A stretch of DNA of 61,972 nucleotides. It comes from an uncultured virus (IMG/VR IMGVR_UViG_3300033571_024374). Lineage: Duplodnaviria > Heunggongvirae > Uroviricota > Caudoviricetes. The stretch covers positions 62,001 to 123,972 of IMG/VR virus record IMGVR_UViG_3300033571_024374. One strand, 5' to 3'. Made by a program: the position numbers and the translations under genes. Under the pieces are notes generated by a model, which had not been told where the DNA came from, ran no database searches, and saw only the letters and a program-made list of their open reading frames with translations. Position 1 is the first letter of the stretch, and the number at the start of each line of letters is the position of its first letter. Shown here piece by piece: positions 45,369 to 54,649 of this stretch.

Positions 45369-48326
45369 TTAAATTGGATCTCTTAAAAATCCACCACCAT
45401 TTTTACCAGCAGCACACCATTTCCATAAAAATAATAATAAAGGTATATTAATAAGACTTAATCTTTCCCATGTTGGAAGATCATCAATATACAGTGGCAT
45501 AAGTTTAGTTATTTCTGGATCTATTTCATTCTTCGCTGGTGTAGATGGCGAAGGTGGTGGTAAGGTCGCACATAATGTAAAGCCTAGAGGTACACTAAAA
45601 ACATTAATTTTATTTTGTAATCCTATATTCTGTTGCTGTAATATTAAATTTTGTTTTTGTTTTTCAATTAAGTCTCTCGATTCTTGCTCAATTTCTTGCT
45701 GATTTTTTTGAATAGAAAGTTCTAGATTTTGTTTACTAAAAGTATTTTTCTTCAAATCACTTTCTTTATCAGCTATGTCCGATTTAAGTTTAGAAATAGT
45801 ATTATTCAAACTAGCATTTTGATTTAGTTTTGAAGTTATTTCGGATTGCTTGCTTGAAATATCACCTTTAGCTTGCTGAATTTTTTGATTCGCATCAGGT
45901 GCTTGTTTATTTTGAATAGATTTTATTTCATTTTGCTTTGCATCTATTTCTCCCTTTAATGAATTTATTTTATTTTGGTTTTCATTTATTTTACTTATGT
46001 TTTCTGATATTTTACTAGTATTATCTGCTATAGATTTTGACAATGTGGCAATTTTGTTTTGCACATCATTTATCTTTTTGGTGTTTTCTGTAATTTCAGA
46101 TTTTCTTCTTTCTATATCTTTTTGCCTTCTTTCAAGATCTTCTTGGTTTCTTTTCATCCTTTCAATATTATCAGCTACTATTTTTTGGATATCTTTAACA
46201 TGTTTATCCAAATCTGAAGGTTTTAAAAGAGGTATATTAATTTCAGGAGAAGCATCTAATCTTTTACTAGTAGGCTCTTCCTTTATCTTACACATTGGTC
46301 TAATGGCAACTGGAAACCAAGCACTTTTAGGTCCAATTGGACCTAATGGACAATCAGATGTATTAAGTATAAAAACAAATGGAGAAGGTAAAACTCCACA
46401 TTGGCCTATTAAAACTACTATTAATGCAACTGGAGTATTTATAACCGTTAATGGTATCCAGATTATTGGACATGGGATAAATAAAGGTTTAGGGAAAATA
46501 GGTAAAATCAATCCAACTGGCCAATGTACTGGTACCAAATTCATTATTGTTGCTAATGAACAAAATTTTCTCCACCATCTTAAGTCAAATATAGTAGGAC
46601 TTTTAGAAGCATCCATTGGGATACCTTTATAATTAACATCACTACCTGCTGGTATATCTGGATCTTTTAAATCTGGTAATTCGCAACCTTGTGCTAATAA
46701 ACTATCCTTTATAGTTGTATTTAGTTCATCAAAATATTTCTGAATTTCTATTTCTTCTATAGAAAGATCATCCAACTCTTTAATTAAAGGATCATATGTC
46801 TCTTTAAGTTTAATTGCGGATTTATTATAATATGACTTAATAAAATCAAGCCTATCTCCACCTCTAGCTATTGTCTCTATTCCCCATGCATAACCGTATT
46901 TATCTACTACTTCAATTGCATTATTTATTTCTTTATCGAATTCCTCATCAGCTTTTTTGGAATTATTTATAATTTTATCAACGCCACCATCTATAGATAA
47001 ATCTATTTTTCCAATGGATTCAATTAAAACATCTTGTAATAATTCTAATTTTTTATTACCATCTCTGGAAGTTTTATTCTTATCATATATAAAATTCGGA
47101 GTATTATACTTTTCAAACTTTATATCAATTTGTGATGCTAAATCTTTAATGTTTTTGTTTAGAATTTCTTTTAAAATTAGTAAATCTAAAAATACCCTTT
47201 CATCTACTAAGCTTCTGATTATTTCATTCTGCTTTTTATTCAATCTTTCTATTTCAGAGTTCAAAGTATTAATTTTAAAAATATTAAGAGCAAATGTATT
47301 ATCCTTTTCTTTTTGTTTTTGATTCCTTTGATTAGCTAAATCTCCCAATACCTTAAATTTTGGTTTATCCAGAGTATCTATAACTGTGTCCCAAAATCTT
47401 ACAAATATTTTTCCGATTTTTGCTTCTTGTTTTATTTGAGATATTCTAGTTTTAACTTGATTTAATCTCTCACCTTTTTTTTGTGATTCTTGAACTATAG
47501 GTTCAAGAACCTTTACACAATCTACAGCTACTTTGTCTTTTGGTCTATCTGTAGCATCATTTAAAGTATTTATATCCGAATTAATTATATCATCTCTCAA
47601 TGTAGAAATATCATTTCCATTTTTTAACGATTCGTTAGCTATTAATAATAAATTACCTATGTCTGTACGGCTTAATTCTTCCAATAAAATATCAGCAGGT
47701 GTCCCAAAGATATCTAAATTAGATAACGCATTAATAGCTTCATTCATTTGTGCGTTTCTATCTTCTAAAGAATTAGGATTATCTTCTGGTAAACTTGTAT
47801 CTAAATTTTTAAATGCATCTTCAATACTTGTAGGACTACTTCCTTCTAATACCTTTGAGGGTTCACTAGGCGGAGCAACTGCTTCACATAATTTTTTAAA
47901 GTCCTCAAAAGTTACTTGGGGTGCTGGTGGTTCTTCTGGTTTACAAAAATTAACAGATGCTATATCTTCAAAGGTTATGGTAGGTAATTGATTTGTAACT
48001 TGAGCTGGAAGAACATTACACATAGCTTGTAATAATTCTTCTGGGGTAATATTATCTAGATCATTTCTAATTTCTGGTACTCTAGCACCCTCAACTATTG
48101 GATTTAAGTTATTTAGTGTATCGCTAATTTGTTTGACTTGTAAATCTAATTTTGATAAAGAGTCAATAGGATCCCCTACATTATTTGGAAGCAAATAATC
48201 CCCAACTTGAACTCCTTGTTCTATGACTTCTTTTTGAAATTCAATAGTTACATCCAATGAATTTTTAGCTAATTCACTGAGATCTTTAATATTTTGTTCT
48301 ATTTCTGATTTATAGTCAAGAGACAT
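45369..48326 (-). CDS. Large coiled-coil protein, probably structural
   Basis: 985 aa; heptad-rich segments; Pro/Cys-rich hydrophobic region PVHWPVGLILPIFPKPLFIPCPIIWIPL. Confidence 0.65.
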   Translation of the reverse strand: MSLDYKSEIEQNIKDLSELAKNSLDVTIEFQKEVIEQGVQVGDYLLPNNVGDPIDSLSKLDLQVKQISDTLNNLNPIVEGARVPEIRNDLDNITPEELLQAMCNVLPAQVTNQLPTITFEDIASVNFCKPEEPPAPQVTFEDFKKLCEAVAPPSEPSKVLEGSSPTSIEDAFKNLDTSLPEDNPNSLEDRNAQMNEAINALSNLDIFGTPADILLEELSRTDIGNLLLIANESLKNGNDISTLRDDIINSDINTLNDATDRPKDKVAVDCVKVLEPIVQESQKKGERLNQVKTRISQIKQEAKIGKIFVRFWDTVIDTLDKPKFKVLGDLANQRNQKQKEKDNTFALNIFKINTLNSEIERLNKKQNEIIRSLVDERVFLDLLILKEILNKNIKDLASQIDIKFEKYNTPNFIYDKNKTSRDGNKKLELLQDVLIESIGKIDLSIDGGVDKIINNSKKADEEFDKEINNAIEVVDKYGYAWGIETIARGGDRLDFIKSYYNKSAIKLKETYDPLIKELDDLSIEEIEIQKYFDELNTTIKDSLLAQGCELPDLKDPDIPAGSDVNYKGIPMDASKSPTIFDLRWWRKFCSLATIMNLVPVHWPVGLILPIFPKPLFIPCPIIWIPLTVINTPVALIVVLIGQCGVLPSPFVFILNTSDCPLGPIGPKSAWFPVAIRPMCKIKEEPTSKRLDASPEINIPLLKPSDLDKHVKDIQKIVADNIERMKRNQEDLERRQKDIERRKSEITENTKKINDVQNKIATLSKSIADNTSKISENISKINENQNKINSLKGEIDAKQNEIKSIQNKQAPDANQKIQQAKGDISSKQSEITSKLNQNASLNNTISKLKSDIADKESDLKKNTFSKQNLELSIQKNQQEIEQESRDLIEKQKQNLILQQQNIGLQNKINVFSVPLGFTLCATLPPPSPSTPAKNEIDPEITKLMPLYIDDLPTWERLSLINIPLLLFLWKWCAAGKNGGGFLRDPI

Positions 48327-48349
48327 AAGATTACCTTTGTATAATACTC

Positions 48350-48357
48350 TATATATC
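48350..48357 (-). promoter_or_regulatory. Putative late promoter GATATATA
   Basis: 24 nt upstream of start 48326. Confidence 0.7.
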
Positions 48358-48364
48358 TTAAAAC

Positions 48365-48388
48365 AAAAAAAGCCGTCAAAGACGGCTT
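48365..48388 (-). terminator. Terminator after the ferritin-like gene
   Basis: AAAAAAAGCCGTC-AAA-GACGGCTT. Confidence 0.85.
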
Positions 48389-48407
48389 CTTAAACTGTTT
48401 GAATTGA

Positions 48408-48779
48408 TTATTTCAAACGCAACAAATAAACAAGCTTATGTGTCTCGTTAATCATATCCAATACGATATCTTGAATTTCAATATTTGATGAAATAAATTT
48501 TTCAGATGACATTTCACAAAACATTTTTGCACATTCAGAATAATATTCTACCAAATCAACATTCAATATGCCTTTAATTTCAATATTAGCATTTTGAAGT
48601 TCTGGTGTGCCACCATTAGGATTTTTGCCCTTTGTTACTTCAACGAATCTGTCTGTTAATTCTTGAATTGTTTCATAATAAGAACCCAAAGCAACATGAC
48701 TAGCATATGTATTTGTTTGCCAGTGCCAAAGTTGTGTTTGAGCTTGCAATTTGAGTAAAAGTGGTATGTACTTTTCCAT
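48408..48779 (-). CDS. Ferritin/Dps-like four-helix protein (DUF5856-like)
   Basis: LWHWQT..YASHVALGSYYE..DRFVE..KLVYLLRLK. Confidence 0.75.
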   Translation of the reverse strand: MEKYIPLLLKLQAQTQLWHWQTNTYASHVALGSYYETIQELTDRFVEVTKGKNPNGGTPELQNANIEIKGILNVDLVEYYSECAKMFCEMSSEKFISSNIEIQDIVLDMINETHKLVYLLRLK

Positions 48780-48798
48780 ATAAAAGGTTATTTTTATG

Positions 48799-48806
48799 TA
48801 TATATC
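48799..48806 (-). promoter_or_regulatory. Putative late promoter GATATATA
   Basis: 20 nt upstream of start 48779. Confidence 0.7.
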
Positions 48807-48823
48807 AAAATAATTAATTGTTT

Positions 48824-49174
48824 TTATCCAAATGATACATTTGAATCTATCATTCTTTCTCTGAGCATCATTTCTGATTCTCGTCTCAAGTCTCTTAAAG
48901 ATTCTATCTTAGCTTCTTCAAGTTCTAAAGAATTTTGTAGATCCATAAGTTCGTCTTCTAAACTATGGAATTCTACAGATTCATTAATTGCTAATTTCAG
49001 AAATCTTTCTCTTTCTTCTGCATTCTTTCCATAATTTCCGTCTGATCTCCTGATAGCATCAGTCTCAATATTGAATCGATTTTTCTCAATATTATGTTTT
49101 AAAACACGTATTGAGTTTCTCAATTGAGCAGTTCTCATTCTACTTTCAATGAGTTCTTGAGTATTAAACTCCAT
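48824..49174 (-). CDS. Coiled-coil hypothetical protein (possibly UvsY-like)
   Basis: 116 aa, helical, central YGKNAEERERFL turn. Confidence 0.45.
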   Translation of the reverse strand: MEFNTQELIESRMRTAQLRNSIRVLKHNIEKNRFNIETDAIRRSDGNYGKNAEERERFLKLAINESVEFHSLEDELMDLQNSLELEEAKIESLRDLRRESEMMLRERMIDSNVSFG

Positions 49175-49198
49175 AATACACTATCCCAAAATGAATAA

Positions 49199-49405
49199 TT
49201 AATTAAGTTTTGAATTTACAAGTTCTATTCTAAGATCATCTAACTCTTCACTTGACATTTTATCCCATCCATTATTATGGATAGTATTTCTTATTTCTTC
49301 TGTGTCTTGTGGTAGAGGATACTTTATGTATAATGCTAATATAATCATTTTTTCTTCTTTAGACAAATCTTCAAAAGATTTATCTATTTGTATTTCGTTA
49401 ATCAT
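49199..49405 (-). CDS. Small hypothetical protein
   Basis: 68-aa ORF. Confidence 0.6.
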   Translation of the reverse strand: MINEIQIDKSFEDLSKEEKMIILALYIKYPLPQDTEEIRNTIHNNGWDKMSSEELDDLRIELVNSKLN

Positions 49406-49482
49406 AATAATAGGTTATGTTATCTATTTATTATATAACTTTTTATATGATTAAGAATCTGCAAAAATAGTAAGTTTAGGAA

Positions 49483-49821
49483 TTATATTTTATAATTTAT
49501 TTGATATTCTTTTAGTTTTGAATCGAAATGATTATTAAGACGCTTATAATTAAATTTTGCCATAATTTGATCAGCCATATCTAATAAGTTTTTGCTAATA
49601 TCAGAACATGGGAGGATTATTAGATATCTTTCTTTATTAGTATCAGTTGAAGATAAAAATCGTATAGAATTTAAATTAGAGTTACTATTTAAAAGTTCAT
49701 TTGATAATGAAGTAAATAATCTGAACAGTTGATGCTCAAGAGGTGGCTCATGCTGTTGCATATAATTATTTATTTCATTATTTATCTGATTTTGTATATT
49801 ATAGCCGTGAGGTGTAAACAT
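49483..49821 (-). CDS. Hypothetical protein
   Basis: 112-aa ORF after the sigma gene. Confidence 0.6.
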   Translation of the reverse strand: MFTPHGYNIQNQINNEINNYMQQHEPPLEHQLFRLFTSLSNELLNSNSNLNSIRFLSSTDTNKERYLIILPCSDISKNLLDMADQIMAKFNYKRLNNHFDSKLKEYQINYKI

Positions 49822-49830
49822 ATTTGTATA

Positions 49831-50175
49831 TTAAATATTTCTAAAAAATTCATCATCGATCGAGATAAAATCTGTTGATTTTTGCTCATGGATTATATTC
49901 CATGTTTTAGCCATACCGTTTTTAATTACTTGAGAATAATAAGCAAAAACATTTTCAGATTTTTCAGGATTAAAATTTCTCCAATGTCTCATAACATCTG
50001 CTATACCAGAAGCTACACAATCTTCTCTATCCTCTGGATATTTGTATTTAAGAATCTTTGACATTTCATTAGACATTTTACAAATTAATTCAACAGCACG
50101 TGGTGTAAGTTCATCTCTTTTTTTCGATTCTATAATCTCTTTTAAAAGTTCTTTATTATTAACATACTGTGCCAT
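49831..50175 (-). CDS. Late-transcription sigma factor (T4 gp55-like)
   Basis: YVNNKELL, REDCVASGI, NFNPEKSENVFAYYSQVIKNG match gp55-family motifs. Confidence 0.85.
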   Translation of the reverse strand: MAQYVNNKELLKEIIESKKRDELTPRAVELICKMSNEMSKILKYKYPEDREDCVASGIADVMRHWRNFNPEKSENVFAYYSQVIKNGMAKTWNIIHEQKSTDFISIDDEFFRNI

Positions 50176-50205
50176 TGTAAATCCAGATTATTTTTATTAC
50201 TACAT

Positions 50206-50213
50206 TATATATC
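50206..50213 (-). promoter_or_regulatory. GATATATA motif upstream of the sigma gene itself
   Basis: 31 nt upstream of start 50175. Confidence 0.65.
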
Positions 50214-50221
50214 AATTAAAC

Positions 50222-50256
50222 AAAAAAAGTTCGTAAATGTAATATTTACGAACTTT
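50222..50256 (-). terminator. Terminator after 50277..50534
   Basis: AAAAAAAGTTCGTAAAT-GTAAT-ATTTACGAACTTT. Confidence 0.8.
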
Positions 50257-50276
50257 AAGTAATAAATAATATCTGT

Positions 50277-50534
50277 TTAAATACTAGCTTCTTTCTTTAA
50301 AGCTTCAATATACTTCTCAAGGCTTTCTGCTGCATTTTTTACCTTTGTACTGTTCAAACTAGCCGATTCTAACTTTGTACCTAAATCTTTAAGATTACTT
50401 ATGATTGTTGGTAATTGACTTATAGCTTGATTCATCGTAGCAACTGCTTTCGCTTTATCAGGTGCAGCATAAATGCTATTAGCATCTTCCTGCTCCTTTA
50501 TCGAAATACCTAAAAATTCAGAAAAAGATTTCAT
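50277..50534 (-). CDS. Small probable internal head protein
   Basis: N-terminal MKSFSEFLGISIKE closely matches the T4 capsid-targeting sequence. Confidence 0.65.
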   Translation of the reverse strand: MKSFSEFLGISIKEQEDANSIYAAPDKAKAVATMNQAISQLPTIISNLKDLGTKLESASLNSTKVKNAAESLEKYIEALKKEASI

Positions 50535-50543
50535 TTATGTAAA

Positions 50544-53450
50544 TTAAATTAATCTTAAAGATGATTTAGGAACGAAATCGCGAACACCGTTAATTTCTAC
50601 CTCTACAGCTTCATCTAGGTTAGCATTCTCAAAAGCATCTTGAAACACTATGACTTTATGATTTGCTAATTCTCCATCAAATTCTGGAGAAACAATAGCA
50701 TACATTTGTGTTCCTTCTAACTCCTCATGCCCTTCGTGCTCTTCATGTTCTTCTGAATCATCGGATTTATAGAATGAATAAGAAATTCCTGAATCTTCTG
50801 ACTCAAATTTTTCTAAATCCATCTTATCTTCTGAGCTCATACCCATAAATTTAGATGGTTCGCTGCTCAAAGGATTATATTCAGGATCCCATTCTTCATC
50901 ATCTTCTTCATCTGGTGAATATTTATATGGATCCTTTACGAATGTGTCATCTAAATACTTTTTAAAACTATTAGGAACAGATTGCCATTTATTTGATATT
51001 TCAGCATCCTCTACTTCCATTTCTATCCCTTTTCTAGAATAGTCAGGATTTTCATACATATCAATAGTATCTATAACATCCATATCGTCTATAACTTCGG
51101 ACATAACAGATTCTAATGGTTGTTCTTCCATAGTTGGTTCACTGCCCATTTCTATACCCATTTGATAATTATCTGCAGAAGTCATTTCAATCTTATTTTC
51201 TTGAGATGACAAATTAGAAAATTCCTCTTCTGTTTGCTGACCATTTTGCAACATAATTATAGCAACGTGGCGTATAGAATCTATCGCTGTAATTCTACCT
51301 AAACCTTTACCTGTAACCTTTACCATATCTCCAACTTGGAAATCTCTTTGAGGTAATTCTTGAACATATGCAGTTGTACCCTTCTTCTTGTAATCTTCCA
51401 ATTTTTCCATTTCTTCTGCATATTCTTCTTCATCAGAAACTTCTTCTTGTGAAGCGAGTCTCAATTCAGGGAATCTATAAGTTGATTGAGTACCATCTGA
51501 GAAAATAACAGTTGCTGTTTTCTGAGCAGAGTCAATACCTGTAATCTTACCTACTCCCTTCTCAGCTACATCGACTTTATCACCAATGTTAAACAATCTT
51601 TCTGGAGTTTCTTGTACAAAAGCAGCTGTTCCTTTTGAGCCCTTTGTTTTTTTAGATTCATGCATAGATGAACCTTCAGGCTTTAATTCTATTTCTGAAA
51701 AGTCCAAACGCTGTAAATTACCATCTTCTAATGATATAGTAGCCTTTTTCTGTACAGAATCTACAGAAACTATTCTACCTTCTTTTCCAGCATACATTAC
51801 TAAATCACCTACACCAAAATCCATATCTTCCATGAATTCTACTTCAAGTTCTGGAATTTCTTCAAAATCTATCATATCAATATCATCTTCTTCAGAACTT
51901 TCATATTCATAAGTTTTGAAAGTTTTCAATTGAGCTGTTTTTTCAGCATATGTGTTTTTAAGTTTGTTAATTTCAGAATACAATTCTCTTTTAACTGCTG
52001 AAATTTCATCAGAACTGGATAATAAAATATCTTGTTGTGCTTCTTCAATTTTCAAAATATTTCTTTCGCATTCATCAATCTTATTTAGAATTACTCTTCT
52101 TTCATTCTCAATTTGTTGAATTGCTCTGTTTTCTGTAGATAAAAAGTCAGATAGACTTTCAGATATATCATAATTCAAAAACTCAAGAATAAAATCACGA
52201 GCTTGTGTTCCATTCATAGATGAATAAACTTTATTTTCATTCATGAAAGGATTTGTTTTAACGACAGTCACAGATCCACCCAATCTTAAAATGCTTGCTT
52301 TAATAGATGGGTGATTCTTAGAAATAATAGTTTTAGCAAAATCAATCTCACAAAGTGTATCTATATTTTCATAGATAGCGTTGAAATTGTTGAGATCGTC
52401 TTGTTGATTCCAACGGAAAATACCAGATTCAACAAGTTTATTATTTACTTCGGAAATATTTAATTTATTACCATTAAGAACAATAGACTTATCTGATACA
52501 TTGATTTTCAAAACGTTATTGCCATATTCATAAGAAATAGTATTTCTATCAACAGCAACATTGTTTCGATTTATAATTGAATTTAAACGAACGAAATTTT
52601 CATTAATTCTTCTCATTGAATCAATTTCAATAGGAGTGATCGTTTCATTCACTTTTTTGAAATAGTGGTTATCAATTGCAAAGTAATCTGAATTTTTCTC
52701 TACTAAAACAAAAGAAAATACTGGATTTACAATACATTCTGTTGAAGTTCTAGAAATATTAAATTTAGATTTCGCTTCATTTGATTCAAATGTTTTCAAC
52801 TGATTTTGAAGATTTCTGATGATTGGTTCATAGGAATAAATTTCCATTTCAGCAATCATAGCAGAACGTAAATCAGAGGATTTGTTTTCAATAAATTCAC
52901 GTAAATTAGTTATCAAAGGCTTGTAAAATTTAGCAGATTTTGAATTTTCTAATGTATGAACAGCAGTAGCAACCGCTATTTCTTCTGCTAAGTTATTCTG
53001 TGCATCCATAACGACTTTAACCGCTTCATTTATTGAAGGATCAAAACAGAATGGCTTAAGTTGTGCTACGAATTGCTCAGATAACAAAAAGTCTGGTGTT
53101 TCCATGACTTTGCTTTTCTGATACCATTCAGTAACATATTGAATTCTTGGGTTATGATCCCATACTCCTGTATATCTAATTCTATCAAGAGCGCGAGAAA
53201 TACCCATATCGTTAAGCTTATTAAGATTCTTTTCGCTATCCAAGAATCGTTTTACATGAATATCTGAGCTCTTAGTTTCACTCAATTTTTCATGTACAAG
53301 TGTACTTAACTTTTGTTCTGATACATTACCTGCTAATTCAAGGAGGCTTTCTAATACTTCACGAACAGCCGCATCAGAAGTGCTGTTCTTCAGTTTTTCT
53401 ACTCTATTCTTTAAGAAGGACATGCCGAATCCTTTATTTTTAATATACAT
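50544..53450 (-). CDS. Large protein with a coiled coil, three tandem SH3/KOW-like repeats and an acidic tail; probable head/core protein
   Basis: FGVGDLV..GRIVSVDS, FNIGDKV..GKITGIDS, FQVGDMV..GRITAIDS; start 53450 or 53423. Confidence 0.6.
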   Translation of the reverse strand: MYIKNKGFGMSFLKNRVEKLKNSTSDAAVREVLESLLELAGNVSEQKLSTLVHEKLSETKSSDIHVKRFLDSEKNLNKLNDMGISRALDRIRYTGVWDHNPRIQYVTEWYQKSKVMETPDFLLSEQFVAQLKPFCFDPSINEAVKVVMDAQNNLAEEIAVATAVHTLENSKSAKFYKPLITNLREFIENKSSDLRSAMIAEMEIYSYEPIIRNLQNQLKTFESNEAKSKFNISRTSTECIVNPVFSFVLVEKNSDYFAIDNHYFKKVNETITPIEIDSMRRINENFVRLNSIINRNNVAVDRNTISYEYGNNVLKINVSDKSIVLNGNKLNISEVNNKLVESGIFRWNQQDDLNNFNAIYENIDTLCEIDFAKTIISKNHPSIKASILRLGGSVTVVKTNPFMNENKVYSSMNGTQARDFILEFLNYDISESLSDFLSTENRAIQQIENERRVILNKIDECERNILKIEEAQQDILLSSSDEISAVKRELYSEINKLKNTYAEKTAQLKTFKTYEYESSEEDDIDMIDFEEIPELEVEFMEDMDFGVGDLVMYAGKEGRIVSVDSVQKKATISLEDGNLQRLDFSEIELKPEGSSMHESKKTKGSKGTAAFVQETPERLFNIGDKVDVAEKGVGKITGIDSAQKTATVIFSDGTQSTYRFPELRLASQEEVSDEEEYAEEMEKLEDYKKKGTTAYVQELPQRDFQVGDMVKVTGKGLGRITAIDSIRHVAIIMLQNGQQTEEEFSNLSSQENKIEMTSADNYQMGIEMGSEPTMEEQPLESVMSEVIDDMDVIDTIDMYENPDYSRKGIEMEVEDAEISNKWQSVPNSFKKYLDDTFVKDPYKYSPDEEDDEEWDPEYNPLSSEPSKFMGMSSEDKMDLEKFESEDSGISYSFYKSDDSEEHEEHEGHEELEGTQMYAIVSPEFDGELANHKVIVFQDAFENANLDEAVEVEINGVRDFVPKSSLRLI

Positions 53451-53469
53451 AAGTATAGTTTGTGTTATC

Positions 53470-53477
53470 TATATATC
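53470..53477 (-). promoter_or_regulatory. Putative late promoter GATATATA
   Basis: Upstream of start 53450/53423. Confidence 0.7.
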
Positions 53478-53494
53478 AATAATTAAAATGTTTT

Positions 53495-54379
53495 TTACGC
53501 TTCATTGTCATTATTTTGCGTAATATTTTCTAATCCAACCTGATTTGCAAGATTCAGATTGTTCAATTGTGTAGAATTTTTGACTTGAATACTTACTCGA
53601 TCGCTTGTAAACACAATATTTCCATTATCATCTCTACTTATTGCATCACTTGAAACAAAGTCAAGAATCTGGTTTCCTTTGAAAAACTGTGTGTTTTTGT
53701 CAAATATTGGATAATATGTTTCAAGTTCGACTGTAAATTTCATATTTGTATTTACATTTTGGCTCGTAACTGATCCAAAACTCCATTGAAATAGTTTTTC
53801 TAAAGGCATATCTGCAGGAAATCCCATTTGAAATGGTATTCTCACATAATTCCATCTAACAGACGAGGCTACCGTTGGCCAAAATACTTCTATTACCTTT
53901 TCCCAGATCTTCCAAGAATCCTCTTGAGTATCAGCCTGTATCTCAATTTCAAAATTCATTTTCAAAGGAATGGAGTGCATTTTAGCACTATAAGTCAAAA
54001 GTTGGTTATTTTCATCTTCCTTTACAAAATCCCCACGAACCAAATAATTTGTTAAAGAAGCTGTATTTATATTGACATTATTCATTTTTACCATACCCCT
54101 AGGCAAAACATCAATATTTCCATCTACTTTTTTGGGCTGGATACAATCATTCCATTGTATATAAAAATCTTGTAATGTCCTTTCATCACCAGTAAGTGAA
54201 TAATAGAAAGGAACATAATGAGTCTTTTTTTCAGTATCGGATAAAATGTAATCTAAATAAACCCTATCATTCAGAATATTGATAACACCTGCAATAACTG
54301 TACGGATAAATATATTATCATAATTAAATTTATGATGAACCCCATCTATAGCTTGAACTGGAGTTGGTGTACCATTCAT
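53495..54379 (-). CDS. Tail completion / sheath stabiliser (T4 gp15-like)
   Basis: IRTVIAGVINILN..VPFYY..LPRG..IPLKMNFEIEI..WKIWEKVIEVFWP..FTVELETYYP. Confidence 0.6.
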   Translation of the reverse strand: MNGTPTPVQAIDGVHHKFNYDNIFIRTVIAGVINILNDRVYLDYILSDTEKKTHYVPFYYSLTGDERTLQDFYIQWNDCIQPKKVDGNIDVLPRGMVKMNNVNINTASLTNYLVRGDFVKEDENNQLLTYSAKMHSIPLKMNFEIEIQADTQEDSWKIWEKVIEVFWPTVASSVRWNYVRIPFQMGFPADMPLEKLFQWSFGSVTSQNVNTNMKFTVELETYYPIFDKNTQFFKGNQILDFVSSDAISRDDNGNIVFTSDRVSIQVKNSTQLNNLNLANQVGLENITQNNDNEA

Positions 54380-54388
54380 GTTAAATCA

Positions 54389-54646
54389 TTAATTTTTCAT
54401 CCTAAAATCGGTCTTAGATTCACTTAATAAGATATTCAAGGATTTGGTCTGATAATCTACAACTATTTTATCTACTTTGAAGTATAATTTATTATACAGA
54501 ATTATATCTCCAATTCTTGGTAGAAAATCACTTTCTTTTATATATCCAGAAAGTTCTTTGTCATCTGAATAAGAAGCTTTACCGAAATCATTTATATCTT
54601 TTAGAATATAAACTTCGATCTCAAATTTTGTTTTTTTATTAAACAT
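54389..54646 (-). CDS. Hypothetical protein
   Basis: 85 aa; LPRIGDII..FKVDKIV. Confidence 0.6.
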   Translation of the reverse strand: MFNKKTKFEIEVYILKDINDFGKASYSDDKELSGYIKESDFLPRIGDIILYNKLYFKVDKIVVDYQTKSLNILLSESKTDFRMKN

Positions 54647-54649
54647 ATA

